Source: an uncultured bacterium (lineage in GTDB: Bacteria > CAYUVA01). Taken from it: a stretch of 49,141 nt of DNA. This document shows positions 29,537 to 37,818 of the stretch, one piece after another. The stretch is taken from the NCBI GenBank assembly GCA_964448115.1, contig CAYUVA010000029.1, positions 7,125 to 56,265 on the forward strand. Reading direction: 5' to 3'. The stretch's first letter is position 1. Every line of letters begins with the position of its first letter. Both the position numbers and the translations under genes were made by a program. The notes beneath the pieces are model-generated. The model did not search any database. It was not told the DNA's origin and was given only the letters and a program-made list of their open reading frames with translations.

Positions 29537-31594
29537 CTAGTTAGGGTTCACATCGGTCGCACCGTCGGCAGGGATTGGATTGCTCGGCTTATGGGGCGGA
29601 TTATTGCCATACTGGGCTGACTGTACATCTATTGGTGTATAGATCATGCCAATATGCTCAGCAAGCGAATAGCTCGGTTCCCCAAAGGTTATGATATTAG
29701 TAGGCTCAACATCTCGTAGTCGAACAGCCCCTCGGTTATTTTTAGTTAACTTCGGCAGGGACAACGCAACCATTTTTTGATAGAAGAATGATTTAATATC
29801 TGCGATCAGACGGCTGATTCTGCTTGGTTTGTGTATGATCTGTATGTTCTGTTGCTCATCATCAGTGGCTGAATTTGCATAGAATGGGACCACGAGATAT
29901 GGCCAGGGAGAGCTGACCGCGCCCTCTATATCCTTAGCCAACAACTCCAGGTTGTATTTTCCTACGGGTGCACCGGGGGAAATCGGCGCCTGGAATTGCC
30001 AAATAGAGTTAGCTGGGTCCACTAATGTCAACTTAACGCCAGTGGGAACACCCTGGTAAAGTATCTCAACCTCGCTGACCACGCCCATGCCCATGCCGGG
30101 GTGATCGGTAGCATAGGCGAGCAAGGTCATGATTCCTCCATCGGCATTAGTGAGACGGGTGTTCATATACCCGGCGATATTCACTATCGGCGGTAGATTG
30201 CCCATCGGTGGCGTTGAGGTCGGCGTCATAGTAGGGGTGGGGGTCGCAGGCGGTGGCGCGCCCCAGGTAGTGAAACGCCAGACATCGCCGCTGGTGCAAT
30301 CGCCGTGGTTATCGCAGGCGAGCACCTGCCAGTAATAGGTTGTGTTAGAGTTCATCTTGCCCGGATACCAGTAACGATTGGTCGTGTCATTAACGACCCG
30401 GCTTGTGGGCGGATTAACATTAGCCTCGAAGTAAACATCGTAATAGACTATATCCCCTGCGTCAGGATCCCCCCCATCCCAGCGCAGGTAGGTTTTGTTG
30501 GGGTCGAAAGTGGGGGTCGGAGTCGGTGTTTTTGTCGGAGTCCTGCCTCCTGGAGTGGGGGTATAGGTCGGGTTGTTCCTGTCCAGTGCATCGATTGCGC
30601 TCAGCACATCATCTCTTAGCCTGGTTCCGCTTGGACCAGAGTAAGCATGATCACCCAGGATATAGTACTGTCCCCCATCGAGGTAGAATATAGGTCCACC
30701 GCTCATCCCTCCATAGCTAGTGCCGCGATAATAGAGCTTGTAGTTGTCCGCGTACCATATATTATCCTGGTTCTCGTACATCTCGTTGCCGCTGAAGCCG
30801 GTCTCTGCTGGGTAGCCGGTAACCCGAACCGTCTTGCCGAAGTACCAGGTTACATTGTTTACAGCGTGCCCCATGTTTCCGACGCCACTTGAGCTGCCCA
30901 AGGCTACCGCTCCCCAGTCGTAGCGCCAGTCGTGGCTAGTTCTCCATCCATTAGGGACGGTTAGTGCAACGCTGGCAAATTGACCGAATGGTTGCTGATT
31001 GCCGTTCAAGCCAGGAATTACGATGACTTGATCCGCCCAGCGCCAGTTGCCGGAGCCTTGCGGAACCTCGGAGTATATGCAATGCCCGGCGGTGAGAAGC
31101 AGCCTGTCCTTCATAATAAACGAGCCGGAGCAGACATACCAGGTGCTGCCGTAGCGCATCAGCAGCTTGCAGATAGTCTTGTATGGATAAACCGTTGTGT
31201 TGTTGATCTTGTAGAAGCCCTTGGCATCCTCGTTCATGCCATCATAGATCAATTCTGATCGCTGGATAGGCGGGCAATCCATCGGCTCCAGGGTGTGATA
31301 GACCGGCTGCTCGAATGACTCATCAGCCCAGGGAACCTCGGTTACCGAGACCATTGGCATCGGCTTGGCTGACAGGATGATCTCCTCATCGATGCACTCG
31401 CAAGGCTCAAGTACCCATTGATCACCTGGGTCATAGCCCGGATAAACGATCTCGACATCCATGCCGAAAACTCGGATTGTCATCGCGAAAATCACAAACA
31501 TCGACAAGGAGATCATTTGTGCTACTTTCGTGAAAGGCAAGCCTCTTTGTAAACATCTAAAAGCGAGGAAAGCTATCGATTTCATGTAAGACAC
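29537..31594 (-). CDS. Secreted trypsin-like (S1) serine protease. It has Pro/Thr linkers, an Ig/FN3-like region and the same C-terminal domain as the 806-aa propeller protein.
   Basis: His active-site motif LLTAGHC and Ser active-site motif GMSGGP. Linkers TPTPGGRTPTKTPTPTPTF and PPPATPTPTMTPTSTPP. Domain ...AGYMNTRL...ILYQGVPTGVKL...SPWPYLVV. Confidence 0.8.
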   Translation of the reverse strand: MSYMKSIAFLAFRCLQRGLPFTKVAQMISLSMFVIFAMTIRVFGMDVEIVYPGYDPGDQWVLEPCECIDEEIILSAKPMPMVSVTEVPWADESFEQPVYHTLEPMDCPPIQRSELIYDGMNEDAKGFYKINNTTVYPYKTICKLLMRYGSTWYVCSGSFIMKDRLLLTAGHCIYSEVPQGSGNWRWADQVIVIPGLNGNQQPFGQFASVALTVPNGWRTSHDWRYDWGAVALGSSSGVGNMGHAVNNVTWYFGKTVRVTGYPAETGFSGNEMYENQDNIWYADNYKLYYRGTSYGGMSGGPIFYLDGGQYYILGDHAYSGPSGTRLRDDVLSAIDALDRNNPTYTPTPGGRTPTKTPTPTPTFDPNKTYLRWDGGDPDAGDIVYYDVYFEANVNPPTSRVVNDTTNRYWYPGKMNSNTTYYWQVLACDNHGDCTSGDVWRFTTWGAPPPATPTPTMTPTSTPPMGNLPPIVNIAGYMNTRLTNADGGIMTLLAYATDHPGMGMGVVSEVEILYQGVPTGVKLTLVDPANSIWQFQAPISPGAPVGKYNLELLAKDIEGAVSSPWPYLVVPFYANSATDDEQQNIQIIHKPSRISRLIADIKSFFYQKMVALSLPKLTKNNRGAVRLRDVEPTNIITFGEPSYSLAEHIGMIYTPIDVQSAQYGNNPPHKPSNPIPADGATDVNPN

Positions 31595-31828
31595 CTTTGA
31601 CTCAAAGATTGATTTTGTTTGATATTGTACATAGTTATATATACTTCCAAATTATTAAGATTTCAAGCAAAAGCGAACTTTTATTGACATTTAGATCAAA
31701 AGGTTATGAAATTGTGATCGAAAATACTGACAGGTGCTTCCTGAACTTAACACTAAAGACAAAAGTCTAGGGCTTTTCACTTAAGGGTCTAAAATTGGTC
31801 TTTTAGGGAAAATACGCGCTCACCCCAG

Positions 31829-31906
31829 CCCTCTCCCAGAGAGAGGGCGTAGGAACTGGAAAGGGTGATCCCATCCCTTCTCTCTGGGAGAGGGTTAGGG
31901 AGAGGG
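31829..31906. repeat. GC-rich twin palindromic repeat element (REP/MITE-like) upstream of the pduS-like gene.
   Basis: CCCTCTC-CCAGA-GAGAGGG at 31829-31847 and CCCTTCTCTCTGGGAGAGGG(TTAGGGAGAGGG) at 31875-31906. Both sit in an otherwise AT-rich 367-bp intergenic region. Confidence 0.5.
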
Positions 31907-31961
31907 TCTTTCACCTGTAAGTAGAACAGTATAAAACTATAGTATAAAGACTCCTTCCATT

Positions 31962-33275
31962 ATGGTTGATGATCTTGTCGAAAAAGTGATAGGAGCGGGC
32001 GTAATCGGAGCGGGCGGAGCCGGCTTTCCCGCGCATATCAAGCTCGATTGCAAGGTCGATACTGTAATCGCCAACGGCGCCGAGTGCGAACCGCTGCTCT
32101 ACAGCGACCAGCAGATCATGCACAAAAATGCCGATGAAGTGGTGGCTGGACTGCACCTGGTGATGAAGCAGGTAAAAGCGAAAAAGGGATTTATCGCCCT
32201 CAAAGCCAAATACAAGGCATCTCTTCAAGCCATAAAAAAGGTGGCAGCTAAATACGATGATATCGAGATCGCCCTCCTAGAGGACTACTATCCAGTCGGC
32301 GATGAGCAGATACTTGCTTATGAGGTTACCAGCAGGCTCACTCCCCAGGGCGGAATCCCTATCGATATCGGAGTGCTGGTCTGCAATGTCCAATCTCTTG
32401 TGCAGATACATAGCGCAGCCAATGGAACTCATGTTACCAGCCGTATGGTTACTATAATCGGCGATATTCCTAGACCGGCGGTCATCGAGGTTGCAATTGG
32501 TACCACCTTCGAGGAACTTCTGGCAGGAACTGGCAACCAGCTTGACGATGATGGCAAAGTCATACTTGAGGGTGGCATTATGATGGGCACGGTGCGAGAG
32601 AACCTCGATGAGCCGGTGAAACGAACCACCACCGGCATCATCGTGCTTCCCAAGGCTCACCCTGTGGTCATGGAGAAACTCCGCCACTGGCAGCGTGATA
32701 TAAACATCATGCGCAGCGCCTGCGCTCAATGCTATTATTGCAGCGAGGTTTGCTCAAGGCGCCTGCTGGGGCTTGAACTGGAGCCGCACAAGATAATGCA
32801 TTACATAGCCCTTGGCGATGAAAGGCACATCCCAGAGGGGATCTACAACTGCTCCGGCTGCGGATTATGCGGAATCTGGGCTTGCTATATGGGGCTTTCG
32901 CCATGGAAGGTGATCCAATACCTTAAACAAAAGATACCCTATGATGGGCACAAGATCCCCATCGATGCAGCTCATCCCAGCCGAAACCTGCGCAAGGTGC
33001 CTAGCTCGCGATTGAAGATTAGGCTGGGGATTGATAAATTCGACATCAAGCCGACTGTCCTGGAACCATTGCTGGAGCCTAAGCGAGTGCGTTTGAGCCT
33101 CGAGGAGCATATCGGGGCTGCCGCAGTACCCCTAGTTTCAATTGGAGATATGGTGCGAAAAGGTGATATAATCGCCGAACCACCCGCAGGTGAGATGGGA
33201 GCGGTGGTGATCGCCTCCATCACTGGAAAGGTTACAAAGATCAACGATTGCATCGAGATAATCAACCAGGAGTAA
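31962..33275 (+). CDS. PduS-like RnfC/NuoF-family Fe-S flavoprotein (BMC-associated cobalamin reductase-like oxidoreductase).
   Basis: GAGVIGAGGAGFPAHIKL...DTVIANGAECEPLL matches the PduS/RnfC N-terminus. Two 4Fe-4S motifs: CAQCYYCSEVCS and CSGCGLCGIWAC. A BMC shell gene follows directly. Confidence 0.8.
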   Translation: MVDDLVEKVIGAGVIGAGGAGFPAHIKLDCKVDTVIANGAECEPLLYSDQQIMHKNADEVVAGLHLVMKQVKAKKGFIALKAKYKASLQAIKKVAAKYDDIEIALLEDYYPVGDEQILAYEVTSRLTPQGGIPIDIGVLVCNVQSLVQIHSAANGTHVTSRMVTIIGDIPRPAVIEVAIGTTFEELLAGTGNQLDDDGKVILEGGIMMGTVRENLDEPVKRTTTGIIVLPKAHPVVMEKLRHWQRDINIMRSACAQCYYCSEVCSRRLLGLELEPHKIMHYIALGDERHIPEGIYNCSGCGLCGIWACYMGLSPWKVIQYLKQKIPYDGHKIPIDAAHPSRNLRKVPSSRLKIRLGIDKFDIKPTVLEPLLEPKRVRLSLEEHIGAAAVPLVSIGDMVRKGDIIAEPPAGEMGAVVIASITGKVTKINDCIEIINQE

Positions 33276-33279
33276 TAAA

Positions 33280-33828
33280 TTGGTACATGCCATCGGAATG
33301 CTGGAGTTGAGGAGCATCGCCAGGGGGATCGAGGCAACCGATGCTATGGTCAAGGCTGCACAGGTCTCCTTGCTGCGAAGTGCTCCCATCTGTTCCGGTA
33401 AGTACCTCATCCTGGTCGGAGGACTGGTCGCTGATGTGAAAAGCGCTATGGCTGATGGCGAGGAAGTAGCTGAATATAGCGTGGTCGATAAGCTGATCAT
33501 CCCCAATATCCACCAGGACATCTTCCCTGCCCTGACTTTCACCACCCAGATTGGAGAGATCGATGCTTTAGGGATCATCGAGGCATTCTCGGCATCATCG
33601 ACCATCATCGGCGCTGACCTGTCGGCAAAGGCAGCCAAGGTGCAACTGATACAGATAAGGCTAGCCAACGGCATCGGCGGCAAGGGATACTTCACTCTGA
33701 CCGGCGATGTTGGCGCAGTGCGGGCAGCGGTCTCGGCTGCATCGGAAGCGCTGTCAGCGCAAGGGATGCTGGTCGAGGCGGTGGTCATACCCCAGCCACA
33801 CCATGATATATCGCCTTTTTTAATATGA
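33280..33828 (+). CDS. BMC-T tandem-domain microcompartment shell protein, PduT-like.
   Basis: Two BMC (PF00936-type) domains: AIGMLELRSIARGIEATDAMVKAA...VVIPNIHQD and ALGIIEAFSASSTIIGADLSAKAA...GDVGAVRAAVSAASEA...VVIPQPHHD. Cys in APICSG is at the position of the PduT Fe-S ligand. Confidence 0.85.
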   Translation: MVHAIGMLELRSIARGIEATDAMVKAAQVSLLRSAPICSGKYLILVGGLVADVKSAMADGEEVAEYSVVDKLIIPNIHQDIFPALTFTTQIGEIDALGIIEAFSASSTIIGADLSAKAAKVQLIQIRLANGIGGKGYFTLTGDVGAVRAAVSAASEALSAQGMLVEAVVIPQPHHDISPFLI

Positions 33829-33854
33829 GGCATGGGGATTGATAGTCTTTGAAC

Positions 33855-34045
33855 CACAAAGACACAAAGGCACAAAGAAGAGGGTGATACCGTGATACCG
33901 AGCTACCGTGATACCGTGAATGAGGCTCTTTCCTCGCATCTTGCACCTCACCCCACTTTGCGTCTTTGCCTTTTTCCGTCTGTTTCCTTCCTTAATATTC
34001 TTTGCGTCTTTGCGTCTTTGCGTGATCCTCTTTCATCTCCCTTCA
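33855..34045. promoter_or_regulatory. Structured repeat-rich intergenic region between BMC-T and the vertex genes: an imperfect 23-bp inverted repeat, a GTGATACC triplet and CTTTGCGT direct repeats.
   Basis: CACAAAGACACAAAGGCACAAAG at 33855-33877 against the reverse complement of CTTTGCGTCTTTGCGTCTTTGCGTG at 33999-34023. GTGATACC occurs three times at 33884-33917. CTTTGCGTCTTTGCC at 33955-33969. Confidence 0.4.
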
Positions 34046-34057
34046 AACTAAAAAACT

Positions 34058-34363
34058 ATGCCGTTTTATCTAGCTAGAATCATTGGATGCCTGGTAGCGA
34101 CCCGAAAGGAGCCGGGCTTGGAGGGCAAGAAGCTGCTCCTCGTGCAGCCGATAGATGCCTCTGGCAAGGACAAAGGCACACCGATAGTCGCCACCGATGC
34201 AGTCGGCGCCGGCGTCGATGAGATCGTGATCATAGTCGATGGGGGCAAGGAGGCGGGTTTCGCCTTTTACCCGCAGCATGTCCCCTCAGATGCGAGCGTG
34301 GTCGGCATAGTTGATGATGTCTTCACCTTCAAACAGAATAATAAGCAGACAAAGGAGCCTTGA
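34058..34363 (+). CDS. BMC vertex pentamer protein (EutN/PduN/CcmL family, BMV).
   Basis: MPFYLARIIGCLVATRKEPGLEGKKLLLVQP...GAGVDEIVII matches the EutN consensus (.VIGTVVSTQK.P.L.G.KLLLVQ). Confidence 0.85.
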   Translation: MPFYLARIIGCLVATRKEPGLEGKKLLLVQPIDASGKDKGTPIVATDAVGAGVDEIVIIVDGGKEAGFAFYPQHVPSDASVVGIVDDVFTFKQNNKQTKEP

Positions 34364-34367
34364 TGTT

Positions 34368-34649
34368 ATGTTCATAGCCAAGGTCATCGGCAATGTAACC
34401 GCCACCCAGAAGCACTCTGCTTACAAGGGCAGAAAGCTGCTCCAGGTACAGCCGGTGGATCTATCAGGCGAGCCGATGGGGAGGGATTACCTGGCGATCG
34501 ACCTTGTGGATGCAGGGATCGGGGATACGGTTATTCTGACCATTGAAGGCTCATCGGCTATGTCAGCGTTGGGTGATCCTCATGCTCCAGCCAATGCCAT
34601 TATCATCGCGGTCGTGGATGAGATTGACATTTATGGTAATAATGAATAA
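34368..34649 (+). CDS. Second BMC vertex pentamer protein (EutN/PduN family). The start is trimmed to the internal Met preceded by an AAGGAG RBS.
   Basis: MFIAKVIGNVTATQKHSAYKGRKLLQVQPVD...DAGIGDTVIL. The track ORF starts at 34311, but that would overlap the upstream gene. AAGGAG lies at about 34354. Confidence 0.8.
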   Translation: MFIAKVIGNVTATQKHSAYKGRKLLQVQPVDLSGEPMGRDYLAIDLVDAGIGDTVILTIEGSSAMSALGDPHAPANAIIIAVVDEIDIYGNNE

Positions 34650-34664
34650 TATTATAATAATTAT

Positions 34665-36929
34665 TTAATAATTATTGCCAAATAATTTTTTAATTTCTTG
34701 TTCCATTTCATTAAATTCTTTCTCCGTTTCAACTTTCATTTCTTCTCTAGCTTCAATGAAAATTTTTATTAATTCTTTCTTAAAATCTTCTCTATTAAAT
34801 GCTTCTTCTAATTCTAAAATCATTTTATCAATTGTAAAGCCTAATACTATAGAACTTAAAGTGCCACCAACAATGGCGCCTGCTGCTGTCCCAGCTCCTG
34901 GAATAACAGACCCAATCCCACCTCCAATTAATGCAGCTAAACCTTTTCCCATGGCTTTCTTTCCTAAAATTTTTGTAAACGCCTTTGCGGCGGCTTTTAT
35001 TGTGCCTTTTGCTGCAATTTTTGATACTATTTTCTTTGTAATAATTGCCGTGAATATTCCGCCGGTTGCAGCACCACCTACACTAGCACCTATATTATAT
35101 TTCGTCATATTAAAATTTTCTAATGTAATTATTATATTTTCCATACTACGATCTACAATAATATCACGATTTGGATAGGAAATATCTATTTTATATTTTT
35201 TAACAATTTTCATTATATCTTTCTCATATTTGTTAATTAACTTATTTATTTTATTACAATATTCTATATATTTTTCATTATTTATTGCATCGATATTATG
35301 CTCTTTTAATTTTTCCTTAATAATATCTTTTAGTTTAGCTTCAATATATTCATTTAATTTACCTTGGAACATATTTATTATGCGCATATATTCTGCTGGC
35401 AAAGAGTAATACCAGTTTAAAAAAGGATCTATACCTTCTATCGCAATATCAAAAGTTTTATCTATAAATATATTTTTATGCTCTTGATATTTAAAATTAA
35501 TACGCTCAATTTCTTTTTCATAAAATTTATTTATCTTATTTATTTTATTAATACCATCTTGGTTAATATATATATCATTTCCATTTATAATAATTCTAAA
35601 AGCATGTTTTATTCCTTTTTCAATGTACTCTCTTTTTTCTTTAGAACTTTCGAAATATTTCCTGGTTTCCAACAGAAAATTTAATCCTCCCAACAAAGGA
35701 ATATAAATAAATATTACACTAAAAACTAAAAATAGCGTGCAGATAAAAATTTTATTTTTAGAAATAGGAGGTGGAATATCCTCGCGACCACGAGAAAATT
35801 CAAAGATTCTTCCATACTCATTCCAGGGTATAAGCAAAAATAAATATAAAAAACATGCAATACTAAAAAGCGGTAAATTAAATAAAAATATTATACCTAA
35901 TTTTAATAATATCCTCAATTTCTTTGTATCATTTTTATTCATGGATTGATACTTTATATGATTTTTAATAAAATTAATAGAATAATCTTCAATTGCAACC
36001 TTATAAGAATAAATGTATGAAATTTCTTTTATTAATTTCATAGAATGCATATTATCTACTAATTCTTTCTTTTTACTAATTACTTCTTCTAACGAATTAT
36101 ATGATGGAACTGGTTTTAGTATAGGGATAAAAATTACACATAATAAAGAAGCAATTATTGGAGTAAATCCCAGCGCCAAGGATATTGGATAATAATAAGA
36201 AAGATATTGCTGAGTTTCTTTTTTAACAAGCTTTCTAAAAATTGAAAAAACAAGGTAAAATATCGGTGCAACTGAAAAAATAATCAACCATTCATATATA
36301 TTATAAAATTGAAATTGTATTACTAATAGCCATGACATTGCATGTGCTATAATAATCCAAATAAATATTCTAAGAATGGTTCCAGAAAATAATCGATTTA
36401 TAATGCCTTCGGAATTAAAAGATTGTAGAAATTTCAACCGTCTAATTGTTGATCTATATAGCAAAGATAAAAATATTGATAAAGTTAGTAGGATAAGCAA
36501 TAAAATTTGAGAAATAATTGCAAATTCAGAATAAGTTAAATAAACTAAAATAATTATTAATAAGGTAAAAATAATTATCTTTACCATATATCTCCAAAAC
36601 AAATTACTTGTCTTAAATTCATTTACCATGGACTGTTTAGACTTCAAACTATCATTTGGTGCTAGTTTATCTTCATGCAAAATATTCCCTGTTTCATTGA
36701 TAGTTTGTTTTACTTGCTTTGTGGCTTTTTTTCTGAAAAATAGTATATATAAAATAATAAAAATAAATATCCATAATATAAATACCACATAAGGGGAAAA
36801 ATCAGAATTGTATAAAATAGCAAATGAAATGAATAATATAAAAGTAGAAACCAAACTTATGATTAATGCAATTATCGATAATAACAAAATCAATAAAAAA
36901 CTCTTAATCCATTTAAATAATTTTTTCAT
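34665..36929 (-). CDS. Large polytopic membrane protein encoded in an AT-rich (~25% GC) island. Its C-terminus is a Gly/Ala/Lys-rich glycine-zipper region.
   Basis: The ORF is 754 aa (2265 bp), rich in K/I/N/F/Y, with more than 10 hydrophobic segments. C-terminus GASVGGAATGGIFTAIITKK...GGGIGSVIPGAGTAAGAIVGGTLSSIVLG. The composition contrasts sharply with flanking DNA. Confidence 0.55.
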   Translation of the reverse strand: MKKLFKWIKSFLLILLLSIIALIISLVSTFILFISFAILYNSDFSPYVVFILWIFIFIILYILFFRKKATKQVKQTINETGNILHEDKLAPNDSLKSKQSMVNEFKTSNLFWRYMVKIIIFTLLIIILVYLTYSEFAIISQILLLILLTLSIFLSLLYRSTIRRLKFLQSFNSEGIINRLFSGTILRIFIWIIIAHAMSWLLVIQFQFYNIYEWLIIFSVAPIFYLVFSIFRKLVKKETQQYLSYYYPISLALGFTPIIASLLCVIFIPILKPVPSYNSLEEVISKKKELVDNMHSMKLIKEISYIYSYKVAIEDYSINFIKNHIKYQSMNKNDTKKLRILLKLGIIFLFNLPLFSIACFLYLFLLIPWNEYGRIFEFSRGREDIPPPISKNKIFICTLFLVFSVIFIYIPLLGGLNFLLETRKYFESSKEKREYIEKGIKHAFRIIINGNDIYINQDGINKINKINKFYEKEIERINFKYQEHKNIFIDKTFDIAIEGIDPFLNWYYSLPAEYMRIINMFQGKLNEYIEAKLKDIIKEKLKEHNIDAINNEKYIEYCNKINKLINKYEKDIMKIVKKYKIDISYPNRDIIVDRSMENIIITLENFNMTKYNIGASVGGAATGGIFTAIITKKIVSKIAAKGTIKAAAKAFTKILGKKAMGKGLAALIGGGIGSVIPGAGTAAGAIVGGTLSSIVLGFTIDKMILELEEAFNREDFKKELIKIFIEAREEMKVETEKEFNEMEQEIKKLFGNNY

Positions 36930-37818
36930 TCAAATTCTCCAAATAATATAACCATATCCAATTTTTCCCAACTTCCATCATCCAGATAAAAAATATGTTG
37001 TGTCATATAGTTACTGTGTTTTTTCCTACTTATCATCCTCATCATCCTCGAAAATATATTTGACCCTAATGTCAAATAACATCTTATCTTCAATAGAATT
37101 ATGATCCCATATCCTTTTTATAATGTCAATACCCTGAAGTTAACTGAAATGATCTGAGGTGAACTGCGCTGTAAGGTAAGAAATTAGGTTCTCACTATCC
37201 CTTTCTCTTAGCCATTAGTGTTATAGGTGAGCCGAAAAGCCTGGTCAACCCCATACTACCAAGCAAGCCCTCGACTCTGCGGGTGAAGCCAGGATTGTTC
37301 AGCTTGCGGTGCAGCTTGAAGGGGAGCACCAGCTCCTTGCTGTAGGCGATAAGCTCGAAGCCACAATCCTCGAGCAGCGGGATAATATTATTTCAATTCC
37401 GAGCAGGTTGCTTGAGAGCAAAAAATTCACAAAAAAGACACAAATGTTAAAACCTGAGGCGGCGAAGCTGCAATAAAGTATGCTAATCCAGCATGAAGAT
37501 TATGACGCGCGAAAGTGCGTTATCAGTTTAGTGAAGTAATCTAAGTTATGCCTCTGTTGGGTTTTATAATGTCTATACCTATTCCAAGCATTACCGGCAA
37601 AGGTATCAAGCTTCTGCTGTAGTGATAACTCGCACATTTATAAAATAGAGAATTCATGTTTTTCAATAACTTACAGCTCTCAAATGTCAAACTCGGGTGG
37701 AACATTTTACTAAATTACGGGATCGAGCGATCTATCGCGTGTAGTTTATTCGTATATTAAGAGACTCCAATAGACATCAAACGCCTAAATAGCTTTTTTA
37801 GGGCTGAAAAGCCCCTCA

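Noticed and set aside
31962-33275. RnfC subunit of an Rnf ion-translocating complex.
   Set aside because: There are no rnfDGEAB neighbours. The gene is followed directly by BMC shell genes. The C-terminal organisation matches PduS-type proteins.
33138-33875. 245-aa minus-strand ORF spanning the PduS and BMC-T genes.
   Set aside because: It is antisense to two strongly supported genes with clear family motifs. Its composition is Ala/Ser/Cys-rich, typical of a shadow ORF.
33884-33917. GTGATACC direct repeats, considered as a possible CRISPR array.
   Set aside because: There are only three 8-bp units, with 1-7 bp spacers. This is far too short and irregular for a CRISPR array.
33892-34077. 61-aa ORF in the repeat-rich BMC intergenic region.
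   Set aside because: It is composed largely of the direct and inverted repeats. It has no RBS and overlaps the vertex gene start. It is treated as non-coding unless shown to be conserved.
34675-35178. 167-aa plus-strand ORF inside the AT-rich island.
   Set aside because: It lies entirely within and antisense to the 754-aa ORF. Its low-complexity sequence arises from AT-rich DNA.
37795-37818. Small GGGCT/AGCCC hairpin after rsmE as a terminator.
   Set aside because: The stem is only 5 bp. On the rsmE coding strand it is followed by an A-run rather than a U-run.
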